A DNA stretch of 64,000 nucleotides from a virus (lineage: Duplodnaviria; Caudoviricetes). Where the stretch lies: positions 96,180 through 160,179 of IMG/VR virus record IMGVR_UViG_3300028048_001801. One strand, written 5' to 3'. Position 1 is the stretch's first letter; each line of letters opens with the position of its first letter. This document shows positions 7,267-17,519 of this stretch, one piece after another. The notes beneath the pieces are model-generated. The model was not told the DNA's origin and made no database searches. It saw nothing but the letters and a program-made list of their open reading frames with translations. A program made the translations under genes and the position numbers.

Positions 7267-7999
7267 GCTCGGCCCTTTGTGGCAAATCGCCATGCTCAAA
7301 AATAAATTTCTCTAAGTTTATTGTGTTTTGTCTTAATAAATCCCAGCGGTATTGTTTTCTTCTAGACCACGTCGATGGTATGTTCGGGTCGTGAAAGTGC
7401 GTGGTAGTTAAACTATTTGGAATATCGAATTCAAAATCCTTATATTTAACATACAGCAACATTGAAAATATCCTATCTTCAAAACCGACGCTTTGCTCAG
7501 GGTCAATGTTGGGAAAATCTGTTTCTTCCAATATTTTTCTCGAAATAGCACACAAATTGAGGCATGAGTCTTTATATGGGTTTAAAGAACCTCTTTTTGC
7601 ATCATCGCTATCCCCCTTTAAAAAAGCAAAACCGTTGGGATTTTTGTCGATTTTAGACAAATATTCTTCTATACCAACATCGTTAGAACAAGATATGACA
7701 CAATCGTCATCAAACATAAGTATATAGTCTGCATCCGTTTCTGTTAAAAATTTTTCTCTTAAAATTTTACGAGCTTTTAATATACCAAGTCTTTCGGTAT
7801 ATTTGTAAATTTTGGCCTCGTTTAAGATATTTGGAACGTCGGTCTTCCAATTTTGCGCCACAATGACCAACGGTATATCAGGAAAATATTGATTAAGTTG
7901 TCTTAAAAGTTTGTTAAATGCTCTGATTCTTATCATTCTTGGCCCTACGTCATCTGGAAACCAACTAACAATACCAATAATTTTTTTTAGCTTTTCCAT
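7259..7999 (-). CDS. GT-A (GT2-like) glycosyltransferase
   Basis: YILMFDDD (DxD) and GFED motifs. Confidence 0.75.
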   Translation of the reverse strand: MEKLKKIIGIVSWFPDDVGPRMIRIRAFNKLLRQLNQYFPDIPLVIVAQNWKTDVPNILNEAKIYKYTERLGILKARKILREKFLTETDADYILMFDDDCVISCSNDVGIEEYLSKIDKNPNGFAFLKGDSDDAKRGSLNPYKDSCLNLCAISRKILEETDFPNIDPEQSVGFEDRIFSMLLYVKYKDFEFDIPNSLTTTHFHDPNIPSTWSRRKQYRWDLLRQNTINLEKFIFEHGDLPQRAEHE

Positions 8000-9582
8000 T
8001 ATCTTACCCTCCCTTTATACCATTTTTCCCATTCATGTGTGTCCTTTTGATATCCTGGCAAACCTCTTTCTTTCCAGTGTTCCCAGGTAACACTGCCAAC
8101 CCTTGGCATATTATAATAATAAACAATTTCTTCCGAACGAACTTCGTCAAGCGTACCACCCTTACTCTCTTTTAATCTTTTCTTAAAATCGGTGTCCTCA
8201 AAACAACGGCGCATGGGGTCGTGTCTAACAGATCCTATATAATCCAATCTTACAAAGCAACCTCTGAGTATTGTTTCGGGATGCGTGGAAAACCCATCGT
8301 TTCTTGTGTATTTGGGTATAAGTATATTTTGATCTTTAAGTTCGTTATCAAGGATTTTGCAAAAAACCTGAGTGTCTATCTTATCATCTGCATCGAGGAA
8401 GAAGATATAATCTCCGTTAGCAATATCTAAAAGAACATTTCTACCATATCCAACGCCCGCATTCCGAGACACGGAAAGAATATCGCATTTAGCCAGCTTA
8501 AAGTCGCTAAGTTTATTTTGCGCTCGTTCGATAGATTTGTCGGTAGATTTATCGTCTAATATCAAAATCTCTATATCTTTCCTATCTGGAATGGAGCCGA
8601 GACACGTCTCGATATAATCTTCCATATTGTACATACAGATTCCTATCGTAACCTTCGGTTTCTTTTCAAACTTAGACATCTTAAAATATCTTGATTCAAA
8701 AGCCCGTCTAACAGCATTATTTTCGCTCCACGTCTTTACATTAGTACGCTCGTTGTCGTTTAAAATCAGCGTGTTTTCAGGACTTGACAAAATAATTTGA
8801 GCGACGGAGTCGATATTGTTTTCCATATTCATGTATGCATAAGTTCGCGTCGGCTCTGTCACATTTTTTATGCAGAATTCGTAATATGGATAAATATATT
8901 GATTATGATTATTTGGAGCCCTAAATGGAGTAATGTTTTTATAAATCTTATCCCCCAACAATTCGTTAACTTTTGTTATATGACTTTTGATCATCGGAGT
9001 AAACTCATGATAAGGAGTTATATAGTTGGGTGTAGAATCACGGCCGTTCACAGCAAGCTGGACATCGTTAAAACAACGACAACAAACAATGTGGAACTGT
9101 AAATAATCTTGTAACACCCTTTGTCTGAAGCCTATCTTGAGTTTCCCGTCTTCGCTGAAAAAATCCTCTGCCTTCAGCGGTTTTAAGACATAATAATCAT
9201 CGTTTGCATAAATGAAATGTTCGGAAAGATTTGGGATTTTATCTAAGAACATTTCAATAGTGGTCGAATTATAGGTTGGAAGGTATTGTTCTGGAATGAA
9301 ATCTTTGTGATAAACCACTTGAACTTTATTCGTATCCAACCACTCTGGAATTTGATCTTCTGCCTGAAGAATTATATAAAATTTATTTATAAAAGGCATA
9401 TATGCCTCAAGGCCTCTAAGCATATATCTTAGAAAACCCCAGTCTCTATACCTTTCACTATTAAAATTATTTAATCTTTGTTCATCGCCATTTGAACGAC
9501 AAAAATCAACATATGTTTTTTGCCACTTTTTGCTTGTACTATTCACATATGGGAACACAAAATCTATTGGGTAATCTATCAT
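7999..9582 (-). CDS. Stealth-family sugar-1-phosphate transferase fused to a C-terminal GT2 domain
   Basis: IDFVFPYVN (CR1), PTYNSTTIE..FIYANDD (CR2), LND (CR4); then YNMEDYI..DDKSTD..FFLDADD GT2 motifs. Confidence 0.85.
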   Translation of the reverse strand: MIDYPIDFVFPYVNSTSKKWQKTYVDFCRSNGDEQRLNNFNSERYRDWGFLRYMLRGLEAYMPFINKFYIILQAEDQIPEWLDTNKVQVVYHKDFIPEQYLPTYNSTTIEMFLDKIPNLSEHFIYANDDYYVLKPLKAEDFFSEDGKLKIGFRQRVLQDYLQFHIVCCRCFNDVQLAVNGRDSTPNYITPYHEFTPMIKSHITKVNELLGDKIYKNITPFRAPNNHNQYIYPYYEFCIKNVTEPTRTYAYMNMENNIDSVAQIILSSPENTLILNDNERTNVKTWSENNAVRRAFESRYFKMSKFEKKPKVTIGICMYNMEDYIETCLGSIPDRKDIEILILDDKSTDKSIERAQNKLSDFKLAKCDILSVSRNAGVGYGRNVLLDIANGDYIFFLDADDKIDTQVFCKILDNELKDQNILIPKYTRNDGFSTHPETILRGCFVRLDYIGSVRHDPMRRCFEDTDFKKRLKESKGGTLDEVRSEEIVYYYNMPRVGSVTWEHWKERGLPGYQKDTHEWEKWYKGRVR

Positions 9583-10529
9583 TTGACACCGTCCATTATT
9601 TCGTATATAGATTTATTTGGATAAATTTTTAATAAGTTTTTCTTCATAAAGGTTGATATAAAACGCAGATCGGAAGACGTTGTCTTCTCAGTATCGTTAA
9701 TAACAACCTCTTGGTTTTTGGCGCTAATCAAAGCGTCTATTATTCTATTTATACGTTTTCGTTCTATTGCTAAATAACTTACTGTTCTTTGAGATTCCTC
9801 AAATTTATCTGTTAAATAAGCGTATTCAGAATATATATATTGATTATAATTTGAATTTGTTCTAAAATTTGTAATGTTCGGCTCTATGTCTTCCCACAAG
9901 AATTTTCTTGCTTTCACAGCCAGTTGTTTATTCACTGGTGTGAATCCATGTATTGGAACTATAAAACCACCATTTTCCAATGGGGTTAACTCTAATTTTG
10001 TTACAAGTTGATTATATAAATTGTGACATACGCTCCAATATTGAGAGTTATCTCTGGTGGCGTTCCACGTGTTCATTGAAAGTTTTGGCAAGCCTTTATT
10101 TGTAAAATAATCCTCGGGAGTAACATCAGCTCCGAAGTACATGTCATCGTTTCCATATATAAAATGGTCAGACAATCCTGGAATATCTGGAAGAAACATC
10201 TCTATGGTACATGAGTTATATGTGGGCAAGTATTCTTGCGGAATAAAATCTTCGTGTAAAATTATTTTAACTTTTGTTTTATCCAACCACTTTGGAACCT
10301 GTTCTTTATTCGAAACTATTAAAAAAATATTGTTTATAAATGGAGCATGTTTTTCAATGCTTCTGAATACAAACGGTAAACAACCGTTATCTCGGTATCT
10401 TTCACCGTCTATATTGTCTATCCGTCCGCGTTGTTTTGTTTGAATACAATATTTTTCATAGTTTTGCCTCCAGATTTGATCGAAGTTGTTTACGTATGGA
10501 AAAACATAGTCTATCGGGAAATTTATCAT
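9579..10529 (-). CDS. Stealth-family (capsular polymer phosphotransferase-like) protein
   Basis: IDYVFPYVN, PTYNSCTIE..FIYGNDD, IND, PNKSIYE motifs; paralog of the adjacent gene. Confidence 0.85.
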   Translation of the reverse strand: MINFPIDYVFPYVNNFDQIWRQNYEKYCIQTKQRGRIDNIDGERYRDNGCLPFVFRSIEKHAPFINNIFLIVSNKEQVPKWLDKTKVKIILHEDFIPQEYLPTYNSCTIEMFLPDIPGLSDHFIYGNDDMYFGADVTPEDYFTNKGLPKLSMNTWNATRDNSQYWSVCHNLYNQLVTKLELTPLENGGFIVPIHGFTPVNKQLAVKARKFLWEDIEPNITNFRTNSNYNQYIYSEYAYLTDKFEESQRTVSYLAIERKRINRIIDALISAKNQEVVINDTEKTTSSDLRFISTFMKKNLLKIYPNKSIYEIMDGVK

Positions 10530-10530
10530 A

Positions 10531-11523
10531 TTATTTATTTTCTAACTCCCTACAAAGCGTTACCGCCGCACTTGCACCATCGCCACACGCTGTTACTACT
10601 TGACGCGTTTGTTTTTGTACGCAGTCGCCCGCTCCTATTGCTCCCTCGTTCATCTTGAGGATATATCCGTCATCATTGTTGGGTCCTGTGAGATCTGCTA
10701 TATGACGGAAACACTTATTCTGGGGGATCATTCCTATTGCCTCAAATACGCCGTCAACAGAAATCGATCCTTCGGGATTTCCTTCGACCTTTTCATAGAA
10801 CGCAATAGAGATTTGTCCCCTTTCTTTTAAGAACTTCTTAACACGTATATTTGTCCAAACTATTATTTTGGGATCTGACATTATAGCGTCTTGAAGTGAT
10901 TTTTCGGCCGTAAGATATGGAAGATCTTGAAGAACATAAATACACTTCGCAAATTTAGAAATCTCCAATGCCTCGGTGAGCGCCGAATTGCCACCGCCTA
11001 TTACGGCTACAATCTTGTCTTTATAAAAGGGTGCATCGCAAGTGGAACAGAACGAGATTCCTTCGCCTATCAATTCTTCCTCGCCTAAAACGCCGAGCGT
11101 TCTATATTTAGAACCTGTTGCCGCTATTATACTACGACTATAATAAGTATTGGTTAAAGTATTAATTTCAAACCACGAGTGAACGATGTCACCTTTTATT
11201 TCTGCATGACGAACAATATCTATTACCTCTTCATTTAAGAAAACCAGGGCCCCAGATTCTATGCTTTCAATCTGTTCTTTTACGTTCTCTATAAAATCAA
11301 ATCCGCTGATTTCCGCAAAGCCTGGAATGTTGGTAACCTTCGGCGAATTCAATATCTGCCCGCCTATCTCGTCTTTATCAAATAAAATGACGTTTTTATT
11401 ATCACGCAGCGCATAGATTGTAGCTGTAAGCCCGGCGGGGCCAGCGCCAACAATAGCTATGTCTGCGGGGTTATTTTTACTACATATATCTTCGTAACCA
11501 CTTCTATCTTTTAATGATGCCAT
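10531..11523 (-). CDS. trxB: Thioredoxin reductase (FAD/NADPH disulfide reductase)
   Basis: GAGPAG, ATG, CSTC redox CxxC, GGGNSA, AGD..RQVVTACGDG. Confidence 0.9.
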   Translation of the reverse strand: MASLKDRSGYEDICSKNNPADIAIVGAGPAGLTATIYALRDNKNVILFDKDEIGGQILNSPKVTNIPGFAEISGFDFIENVKEQIESIESGALVFLNEEVIDIVRHAEIKGDIVHSWFEINTLTNTYYSRSIIAATGSKYRTLGVLGEEELIGEGISFCSTCDAPFYKDKIVAVIGGGNSALTEALEISKFAKCIYVLQDLPYLTAEKSLQDAIMSDPKIIVWTNIRVKKFLKERGQISIAFYEKVEGNPEGSISVDGVFEAIGMIPQNKCFRHIADLTGPNNDDGYILKMNEGAIGAGDCVQKQTRQVVTACGDGASAAVTLCRELENK

Positions 11524-11543
11524 ATCTTCTCCTTTGTATTATT

Positions 11544-11572
11544 AGTATACCACAACACTAAAAACACGTCAA
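11544..11572 (-). promoter_or_regulatory. sigma70/sigmaA promoter overlapping a terminator-like hairpin
   Basis: TTGACG-17-TATACT with TG; -35 lies in the inverted repeat aaaacacgtc..gacgtgtttt. Confidence 0.7.
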
Positions 11573-11600
11573 ATGTTTTAGACGTGTTTTTTAAAAAATA

Positions 11601-11879
11601 TTAAGAATTTTCTATTTTTTTAAGAGAGATTATATTGCATATAAAGTCATATACGAACAAACCGAGCGCCGTCACAACACCTACGATATTTAATATGAAT
11701 ATCGCCACACTGTGAGATACATGTATCGTCGCTGTCCACCAATTAATATTGACGGCAACTCCGCCGATCATAACCCATTGTGTTATAATTTGAGCTAAAC
11801 ATATAAGTAAACCCACAATTATAAACGCCCCTAAAAAAACACTTAGATACGCTGTTTTTTCATCTTTTTTGCTTAACAT
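11601..11879 (-). CDS. Small membrane protein
   Basis: 92 aa, two hydrophobic segments, GGAGG SD. Confidence 0.7.
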   Translation of the reverse strand: MLSKKDEKTAYLSVFLGAFIIVGLLICLAQIITQWVMIGGVAVNINWWTATIHVSHSVAIFILNIVGVVTALGLFVYDFICNIISLKKIENS

Positions 11880-11894
11880 AATAATTACCTCCTA

Positions 11895-12824
11895 TTAACT
11901 TTTTGCCAACCCATCATAATACGCAAATTGCATTAATGATGAGTATAATTCTTCTCCGAATAATTTTATATATTTTTTCGAATCGCCTTGCTTTTCCCAT
12001 TCGTGAGCTTGCATATGCCAATTAATATAAAAGAGAACTTTTTGAATTTCTTCTATAGACATCTGGGGAAGAAGATCTAAATGAGATGCCACAACATAAG
12101 CGCCATATTGGGCGTGGCTATAATAATGAGATTGGCCATTTTCATCCGTGGATCTTGTATACAATTTCCCTATATCGTGCCAGAGCGCCGCGTAATAAAG
12201 ATACCTGTGGTTATTGTTGTTTAGATTGTCTATATAATTATCGGCTACTTTTTCACAATGACCACCTAATGTTAGTAAGTGATGGCGGTTATTCTGATCA
12301 AATCTATCCATCTGCGATTGTGTAGTTGCGACTAAAGAGAGGTCTTGTTGGGTTTGAGGATAAAGAAATTTTATATGCGTAAACCCTTCAAAAAATTGAG
12401 GATGTTGATACGATAAAAGGAACTTTTGAATAACTTCCTCAGGAACTACCCTCTCTCTCTTCTTGTTTTGCTCATATACAACTTCGAGCGGAGTATTTAT
12501 CACATATGCACAAACGTCTAAATTTTTTAACTTCAATTTTTCAAGCTTATCAAAAACCCCGCGTCTGGCCTTTTTCGTAATGTTTGTTGCGTCTACAACA
12601 ACGGTTTTCCCGTTTATTAGCGCTTTAACCATACGATTATAATATTCTTCGAAAACTAATTGGTTGTTTGTTTGGTCGTTCTCATCGCCGAGTAGTTCTT
12701 TCCTAAGGGCGTCTGATGAGATAACAACGTCACAAAGACCGTTGTTAAGTAAATCATAGGCCGCCTTTGTTTTCCCCGACCCAGGCAATCCAACCATCAC
12801 ATACAAGGTTTGCTTATTATCCAT
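11895..12824 (-). CDS. Polynucleotide kinase (AAA_33 P-loop) fused to an HD domain
   Basis: GLPGSGKT, SSDALR, DATN; HHLLTL..H, WHDIGK, H..Y..HA HD motifs. Confidence 0.88.
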   Translation of the reverse strand: MDNKQTLYVMVGLPGSGKTKAAYDLLNNGLCDVVISSDALRKELLGDENDQTNNQLVFEEYYNRMVKALINGKTVVVDATNITKKARRGVFDKLEKLKLKNLDVCAYVINTPLEVVYEQNKKRERVVPEEVIQKFLLSYQHPQFFEGFTHIKFLYPQTQQDLSLVATTQSQMDRFDQNNRHHLLTLGGHCEKVADNYIDNLNNNNHRYLYYAALWHDIGKLYTRSTDENGQSHYYSHAQYGAYVVASHLDLLPQMSIEEIQKVLFYINWHMQAHEWEKQGDSKKYIKLFGEELYSSLMQFAYYDGLAKS

Positions 12825-13137
12825 ATATCTTTGCTCCTTTGTGCTTATTTTGAAGTACTTTTTGAGGTATGTTGTAACAAGTAATTAAAACCGTACCTTT
12901 CCTGTTAAAGATATAGACCGCATTACCTTTTACCCTAATGGCTCTATCAGACCCGCCGTTTCTTTGAACGTTGACTAGGTATGAATACATACTTGTTTTA
13001 ACTCCGTAAGAATCTAGCCTCTTTCCCTCTTTCCAGATTTTACTTACATATTCCGCAATATTCTTTTGTTTGCACTGGGTTCTTTCAACCACCCTTTGCG
13101 CTCCATGGTAAGAGCAGATTGTTTGAAAATTTTTCAC
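12817..13137 (-). CDS. Hypothetical basic protein
   Basis: GTG start at 13137 with GGAGG SD; HGAQRVVER...VLITCY. Confidence 0.7.
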   Translation of the reverse strand: MKNFQTICSYHGAQRVVERTQCKQKNIAEYVSKIWKEGKRLDSYGVKTSMYSYLVNVQRNGGSDRAIRVKGNAVYIFNRKGTVLITCYNIPQKVLQNKHKGAKIYG

Positions 13138-13169
13138 CTTGTTTTTAACCTCCTTGTTATTACAATAAT

Positions 13170-13198
13170 ATAATAACACTTTAGAAATGCGTTGTCAA
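13170..13198 (-). promoter_or_regulatory. sigma70/sigmaA promoter
   Basis: TTGACA-17-TATTAT with TG. Confidence 0.7.
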
Positions 13199-13301
13199 CT
13201 ATTTTAAGATATTTTTTTTAAAATTTTTTTAATTATTTTTATAATTTTATTCCGAAAGACATAAACCCCTCGAAATCGACGGGTTTTGCGCAGATTTGGT
13301 T

Positions 13302-13336
13302 AAAAAAATACCACAACAGCCCCTTGTTGTGGTATT
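13302..13336 (-). terminator. Rho-independent terminator
   Basis: AATACCACAACA-AGGGGC-TGTTGTGGTATT hairpin followed by a T-run on the minus strand. Confidence 0.75.
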
Positions 13337-13423
13337 AAATATTTAAGATTTATTTAAAACTTGTAAAACTTAGTCGAGAATATGTCTCAAAACCTGTATT
13401 TACATCTATTTGTTTGATCTGTT

Positions 13424-13984
13424 TTACCGAAGGTTAAACAGAGAATCGAATATTGACTGAAATAGGTTTTGAGCTTTTTCTATGCGACCAAATCCCATTA
13501 ACATGGGGAATAATTCTGCTCCAGCCGTATCTACCGAATAATGATATGCGCCATACTTCTTACAAAAAGCACTAAGTTCAGCGTACGCTTTCTCAAGAGC
13601 TTCTTCGTCCGCTTTGTCAAGAGCGTCGTAAGCTTCTCCGAGTTTTTCTTCTTCGGCTTCTTGTTCTTGGGCAAGCGCTTCAGCTTTTGCATCGTATTCT
13701 TTTTGTAATTCTATGTTTTTAGCACGATATTTTTTATCGATTTCTCTATTCTGCTTATCGAGCTCGTCGCGTTTAACAGAGTTATCCTTTTTTACCTGCG
13801 ATGCGAGAGCAAAAGCTTTTTCGACAACCTGAGCAGCTTCTTTTCTTTCCGTATTTACAACGTTTTTGTCGTCTTTTTCTGCAGCAAGCTTTTTATCGGC
13901 CTGTGTTTTAATTTTTGCTTCAGCTTCTTCTAAAGCCTCCACAGTGTCATAATTTTTCTTCGTAATTTCAGAATAATATTTCAT
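13424..13984 (-). CDS. Hypothetical coiled-coil protein
   Basis: 186 aa, A/E/K-rich, GAGGAG SD. Confidence 0.8.
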   Translation of the reverse strand: MKYYSEITKKNYDTVEALEEAEAKIKTQADKKLAAEKDDKNVVNTERKEAAQVVEKAFALASQVKKDNSVKRDELDKQNREIDKKYRAKNIELQKEYDAKAEALAQEQEAEEEKLGEAYDALDKADEEALEKAYAELSAFCKKYGAYHYSVDTAGAELFPMLMGFGRIEKAQNLFQSIFDSLFNLR

Positions 13985-14042
13985 AAAAAATAATCTCCTC
14001 TTATTATTTTTATAATCGAAACTAAGGGGCTAGTTTTGATAG

Positions 14043-14330
14043 CTATTTTATTTCGGGTTCTTCTTCTGTTATTCCTAAAACCTTGTCTATCTGTTCTTTT
14101 AAGGAAATAAAAATTGTTATGTCTTGATTAATCGTATCATAATTAATGATCCTCGACGTTTGCTTTTTGTCACCGTTCACAAGCGAAGAAACCTCAGACA
14201 TCCAAGCGGCCGCTTCGGGTCCAATGTCCTCGTGTCTTTGTTTTTCTTCTATTTGCCTATATATCAAATCCTCTATTGCTCTTCCGAGCATAGACGAAAT
14301 AAAAAACAGGTCTACCTCTTTTGTGTCCAT
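14043..14330 (-). CDS. Hypothetical protein
   Basis: Start moved to ATG 14330, coupled to the upstream stop. Confidence 0.65.
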   Translation of the reverse strand: MDTKEVDLFFISSMLGRAIEDLIYRQIEEKQRHEDIGPEAAAWMSEVSSLVNGDKKQTSRIINYDTINQDITIFISLKEQIDKVLGITEEEPEIK

Positions 14331-14587
14331 TATATTTCCTCTACTTTGTTTATATATTGTATCGTTTGACAGTGCGGGCACGCGCAAAGCTCTGCATGTA
14401 GTCCGTCTTCTCTGGTAAAAGAACTAAATGGGAAAATAATGATTTTTTCGTTCCCATCTAAAACAGTGGTCTCACCATGCGTTTCCGTAGTTTTGTAAAT
14501 ATACCCACACACGGGACACTTATACATCTTCGTTGTAGTATATCTTCCCGTGCTCTCGTTTTTTACGCTTTCCCTGTAAAAATTCAT
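14330..14587 (-). CDS. Zn-ribbon protein
   Basis: CPVC...CPHC. Confidence 0.7.
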   Translation of the reverse strand: MNFYRESVKNESTGRYTTTKMYKCPVCGYIYKTTETHGETTVLDGNEKIIIFPFSSFTREDGLHAELCACPHCQTIQYINKVEEI

Positions 14588-14590
14588 GAT

Positions 14591-15166
14591 TTATTTGTTT
14601 TTTACGGTATCTTCGGAACTACTGTTTGAAACGATAGTGTTCAGAACAGGAAGATCAAAACTTTTTATTAATATTCCCTCAAGGCTCTTCATGAGTTTTG
14701 CAGCATCGTCTGCATCTAGCACGACGCTCCAAGAGCAATATTTTACCTTATTTGTTTTTGCAGCCTTTTTATACAATTTGACCGAACCATATCCCGAGAG
14801 AGAAACCGACTCGACCTCACCGTCTTCAGTATAATCTCTATCTATACCAAGGACACATCCGTCTGCCGAAGCGACTGCGCCATGCCCGTTGTTGATAACT
14901 CCGCTAAATAAACCCATAATTGCGGCTACTTCATCGGATAACACAAACGTCATATTTTCAGCTGCTATGTTAGCCTTACTGTCGTGAAACTTAGAAAATC
15001 CATAGTGATTAACTTCAAGCACGGGCACTTTGGCGATTTGCCCATCAGACATGGGCGCTTCTGTTTTGTATGTGCGAAACGCGATCATTCCACAACCACA
15101 TGAACAACGAGCTATAACTTCGTTACTTTTTTCGAGCGGTTTAAAACCGTCAACAAATTTAACCAT
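14591..15166 (-). CDS. Hypothetical protein
   Basis: 191 aa, CSCGC motif, GAGG SD. Confidence 0.75.
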   Translation of the reverse strand: MVKFVDGFKPLEKSNEVIARCSCGCGMIAFRTYKTEAPMSDGQIAKVPVLEVNHYGFSKFHDSKANIAAENMTFVLSDEVAAIMGLFSGVINNGHGAVASADGCVLGIDRDYTEDGEVESVSLSGYGSVKLYKKAAKTNKVKYCSWSVVLDADDAAKLMKSLEGILIKSFDLPVLNTIVSNSSSEDTVKNK

Positions 15167-15196
15167 AAATATATCCTCTCTTATTTTTCTTTGATT

Positions 15197-15225
15197 ATTA
15201 TATCATATATTGTTTTGTTTGTCAA
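15197..15225 (-). promoter_or_regulatory. sigma70/sigmaA promoter
   Basis: TTGACA-17-TATAAT with TG. Confidence 0.8.
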
Positions 15226-16072
15226 GCAAAATCAACCCACTTTCTGGAGTTTCTTCAAAAACCAACACATTTATTATGCCAGAATAGGCGGTGCAAGCGT
15301 CAATTGCTATAAGTTCAGGGGTAATAGCGGGTTCAAACGACCTTTTCCAACCAGGTCTATTCTTCTGGGGAAAAGGTTTTCTCTCCTGTTTGATATCGCC
15401 CCAATAAGCAGAACACGACCAGTGCCCACAAACTATCGTTTTATCGGGTTCAAAACATCTGCTCTTATACGCAGTGGGGAACCCCGCCCATATGGCCCAG
15501 TCCCACTCTTTCGCGAGTTCTGGTAAATCTCTCCACCCTTCATAATAATTCATAATCTGATTGTTATAACTGCCGCCAGTGGGGGATTTAAATGGTATCC
15601 AACCGTGAACAAATATATAGTCGCCCTTCTCAAAATAATTAAGATTGCCTTCAACCAAATGCATCCATGGCTCCATGGCTTCGTTGATTTCGTCTTTGTC
15701 GTCTTCCGACAGCGTTTCCCAATGCTCAAGCTTCCTTGTTATCTCTGGGTTCCCAACCAATTGAGAGATAGTCCCGACCGTACCATTGCTATAATGGTGA
15801 GATCCCTGTGCTTTGCCACAAACGTTTAATTCTTGGAGGAGACCCCACATTAACTGAGTATGATTTCCTTTGATAAGAACGAGACGGTTTTTCTTTTTCA
15901 GTCTTGTTAAAAAATTTAACATTTCTTTTGCCTCTAGTCCCCTATCGAATTCATCTCCCAGCGAGATCACATAGTGATCAGGATTGTTTATATCAAAACC
16001 CTTATCTTTTAACGCATCTTGTAATTGCGTATAGAAGCCATGGGCGTCGCTAAATACGAAATACTTTTTCAT
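15203..16072 (-). CDS. Metallophosphoesterase (calcineurin-like)
   Basis: SDAHG, GDEFDRG, GNH, FVHG, CGH, IDAC motifs. Confidence 0.88.
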   Translation of the reverse strand: MKKYFVFSDAHGFYTQLQDALKDKGFDINNPDHYVISLGDEFDRGLEAKEMLNFLTRLKKKNRLVLIKGNHTQLMWGLLQELNVCGKAQGSHHYSNGTVGTISQLVGNPEITRKLEHWETLSEDDKDEINEAMEPWMHLVEGNLNYFEKGDYIFVHGWIPFKSPTGGSYNNQIMNYYEGWRDLPELAKEWDWAIWAGFPTAYKSRCFEPDKTIVCGHWSCSAYWGDIKQERKPFPQKNRPGWKRSFEPAITPELIAIDACTAYSGIINVLVFEETPESGLILLDKQNNI

Positions 16073-16330
16073 TTACTTATCATTCCCTTTTTTGTTGTTG
16101 TATATGGCATAAGCAGATTTTGAATCCGCTCTGCCTTCGTTGTATTCTTCTTCCGTTATTACAATGGCTTTGGTTATTGCATTTTGTTTATTATGTTTAA
16201 CACACGGCATATTTTTAGCTTGTTTTATAGCGGTTAACATATCTTTCGCCTTAATATAGAAAACAAGCTCAACTTCATTACCAGAACCGACATGACCGCC
16301 GCGGGCATACACTTTATAATAACGTTTCAT
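16073..16330 (-). CDS. Hypothetical protein
   Basis: 85 aa, coupled to both neighbours. Confidence 0.7.
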   Translation of the reverse strand: MKRYYKVYARGGHVGSGNEVELVFYIKAKDMLTAIKQAKNMPCVKHNKQNAITKAIVITEEEYNEGRADSKSAYAIYNNKKGNDK

Positions 16331-17468
16331 CTTTTATTAATCCTGCGGTTCTTAAATGCTTCTTAATGTCACCATACAAATGTATATCTCTCATGACATA
16401 TTCTTTTGGCGAATAAATAACAGGTCTTACCCCCGTTAAATAATCGTAAAGCTTGCATAAATAGTTGCCCGAATATTGGTCTTTCACCTGTGAATAAAAT
16501 GCCGATTTTATTGGCACATTTTGACCACTTTTGATGATTTTTTCCCAATATTCCGCATCTTTTTTGACCACTTTGACCCTTTCGGATACGAAATCTTCCA
16601 TTTCGCGTATAATTTTAGCGTATTTAGGGTAATATGCTAAAAATTCTTCATAATCTCCCGAAAAGAAGATGCTAATAAGCTTAGAGAGAGCTAACGTGTC
16701 ATTAAAATAATGCGAAGTTGCCACATAATAGGGTGACTTAATTTTAACACGATTATAATTCCCGTCCACGGCCACAAACCCCTCTTGTTCATCTTTAAAC
16801 CGAGAAGCGACGGCAACGACATCGTCGAGAGTTTGGAACTCCCACTCTTCAGGCTTTTGTATTCCTATATCTATATTAAACTCTTGGCCCGTAATGTTGC
16901 TACGGGTTCCGATGTGCCATATAGCAGACTTGTTGTATTTAATTACTTGCTCGTTATATGGAGTAGTAAGTTCAAATATATAAGTGTTATTCTTATCAAG
17001 AAGATCGAAATTTAAAGACTGGTTTTTAGCACATTGATAAAACAGGTCTCCAAACGTTGTTGCCACAGTGTTGTTTTCTGGGTGCGCCGAAACCGCCATA
17101 ACCTCAAAAGCGTTTATCATGCCATTAGTGGCAACTCGCCACTGTTTGTTATAATAATAACATTTAAGAATTGATCCGTCTACCTTTGTTTGGATACGTG
17201 TTGTTCCCCAGTTTATTTTTGCCGCATGAAGTTCACCGTAATTGAAAAACTTATCAAACCCGCGACACACGATTTTCCAAGAACCCTCTTCGAGTATAAT
17301 CCCTCTGCACTCTTGGACCATGGGATCCCCAAGATCGCTATTCCACAGCTGATAATTGAAGATCACGAGCCCGTCTTCATGCTTTATTGTAAGATTGTAC
17401 GGGTCGTGTTTTAATAACATCTCCCACTCAATGGGATTCTTTTTAATAAACTCTTGCAGTTTTGTCAT
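16314..17468 (-). CDS. T4 Rnl1-like RNA ligase
   Basis: ECRGIIL, FDKFFN, KVDGS (motif I), FEL, EGFV, RVKIKS. Confidence 0.9.
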   Translation of the reverse strand: MTKLQEFIKKNPIEWEMLLKHDPYNLTIKHEDGLVIFNYQLWNSDLGDPMVQECRGIILEEGSWKIVCRGFDKFFNYGELHAAKINWGTTRIQTKVDGSILKCYYYNKQWRVATNGMINAFEVMAVSAHPENNTVATTFGDLFYQCAKNQSLNFDLLDKNNTYIFELTTPYNEQVIKYNKSAIWHIGTRSNITGQEFNIDIGIQKPEEWEFQTLDDVVAVASRFKDEQEGFVAVDGNYNRVKIKSPYYVATSHYFNDTLALSKLISIFFSGDYEEFLAYYPKYAKIIREMEDFVSERVKVVKKDAEYWEKIIKSGQNVPIKSAFYSQVKDQYSGNYLCKLYDYLTGVRPVIYSPKEYVMRDIHLYGDIKKHLRTAGLIKDETLL

Positions 17469-17490
17469 ATTTAATAACCTCAGTAATATT

Positions 17491-17519
17491 ACTATAACAC
17501 ATCAAGAATTATTTGTCAA
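17491..17519 (-). promoter_or_regulatory. sigma70/sigmaA promoter
   Basis: TTGACA-17-TATAGT with TG. Confidence 0.7.
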
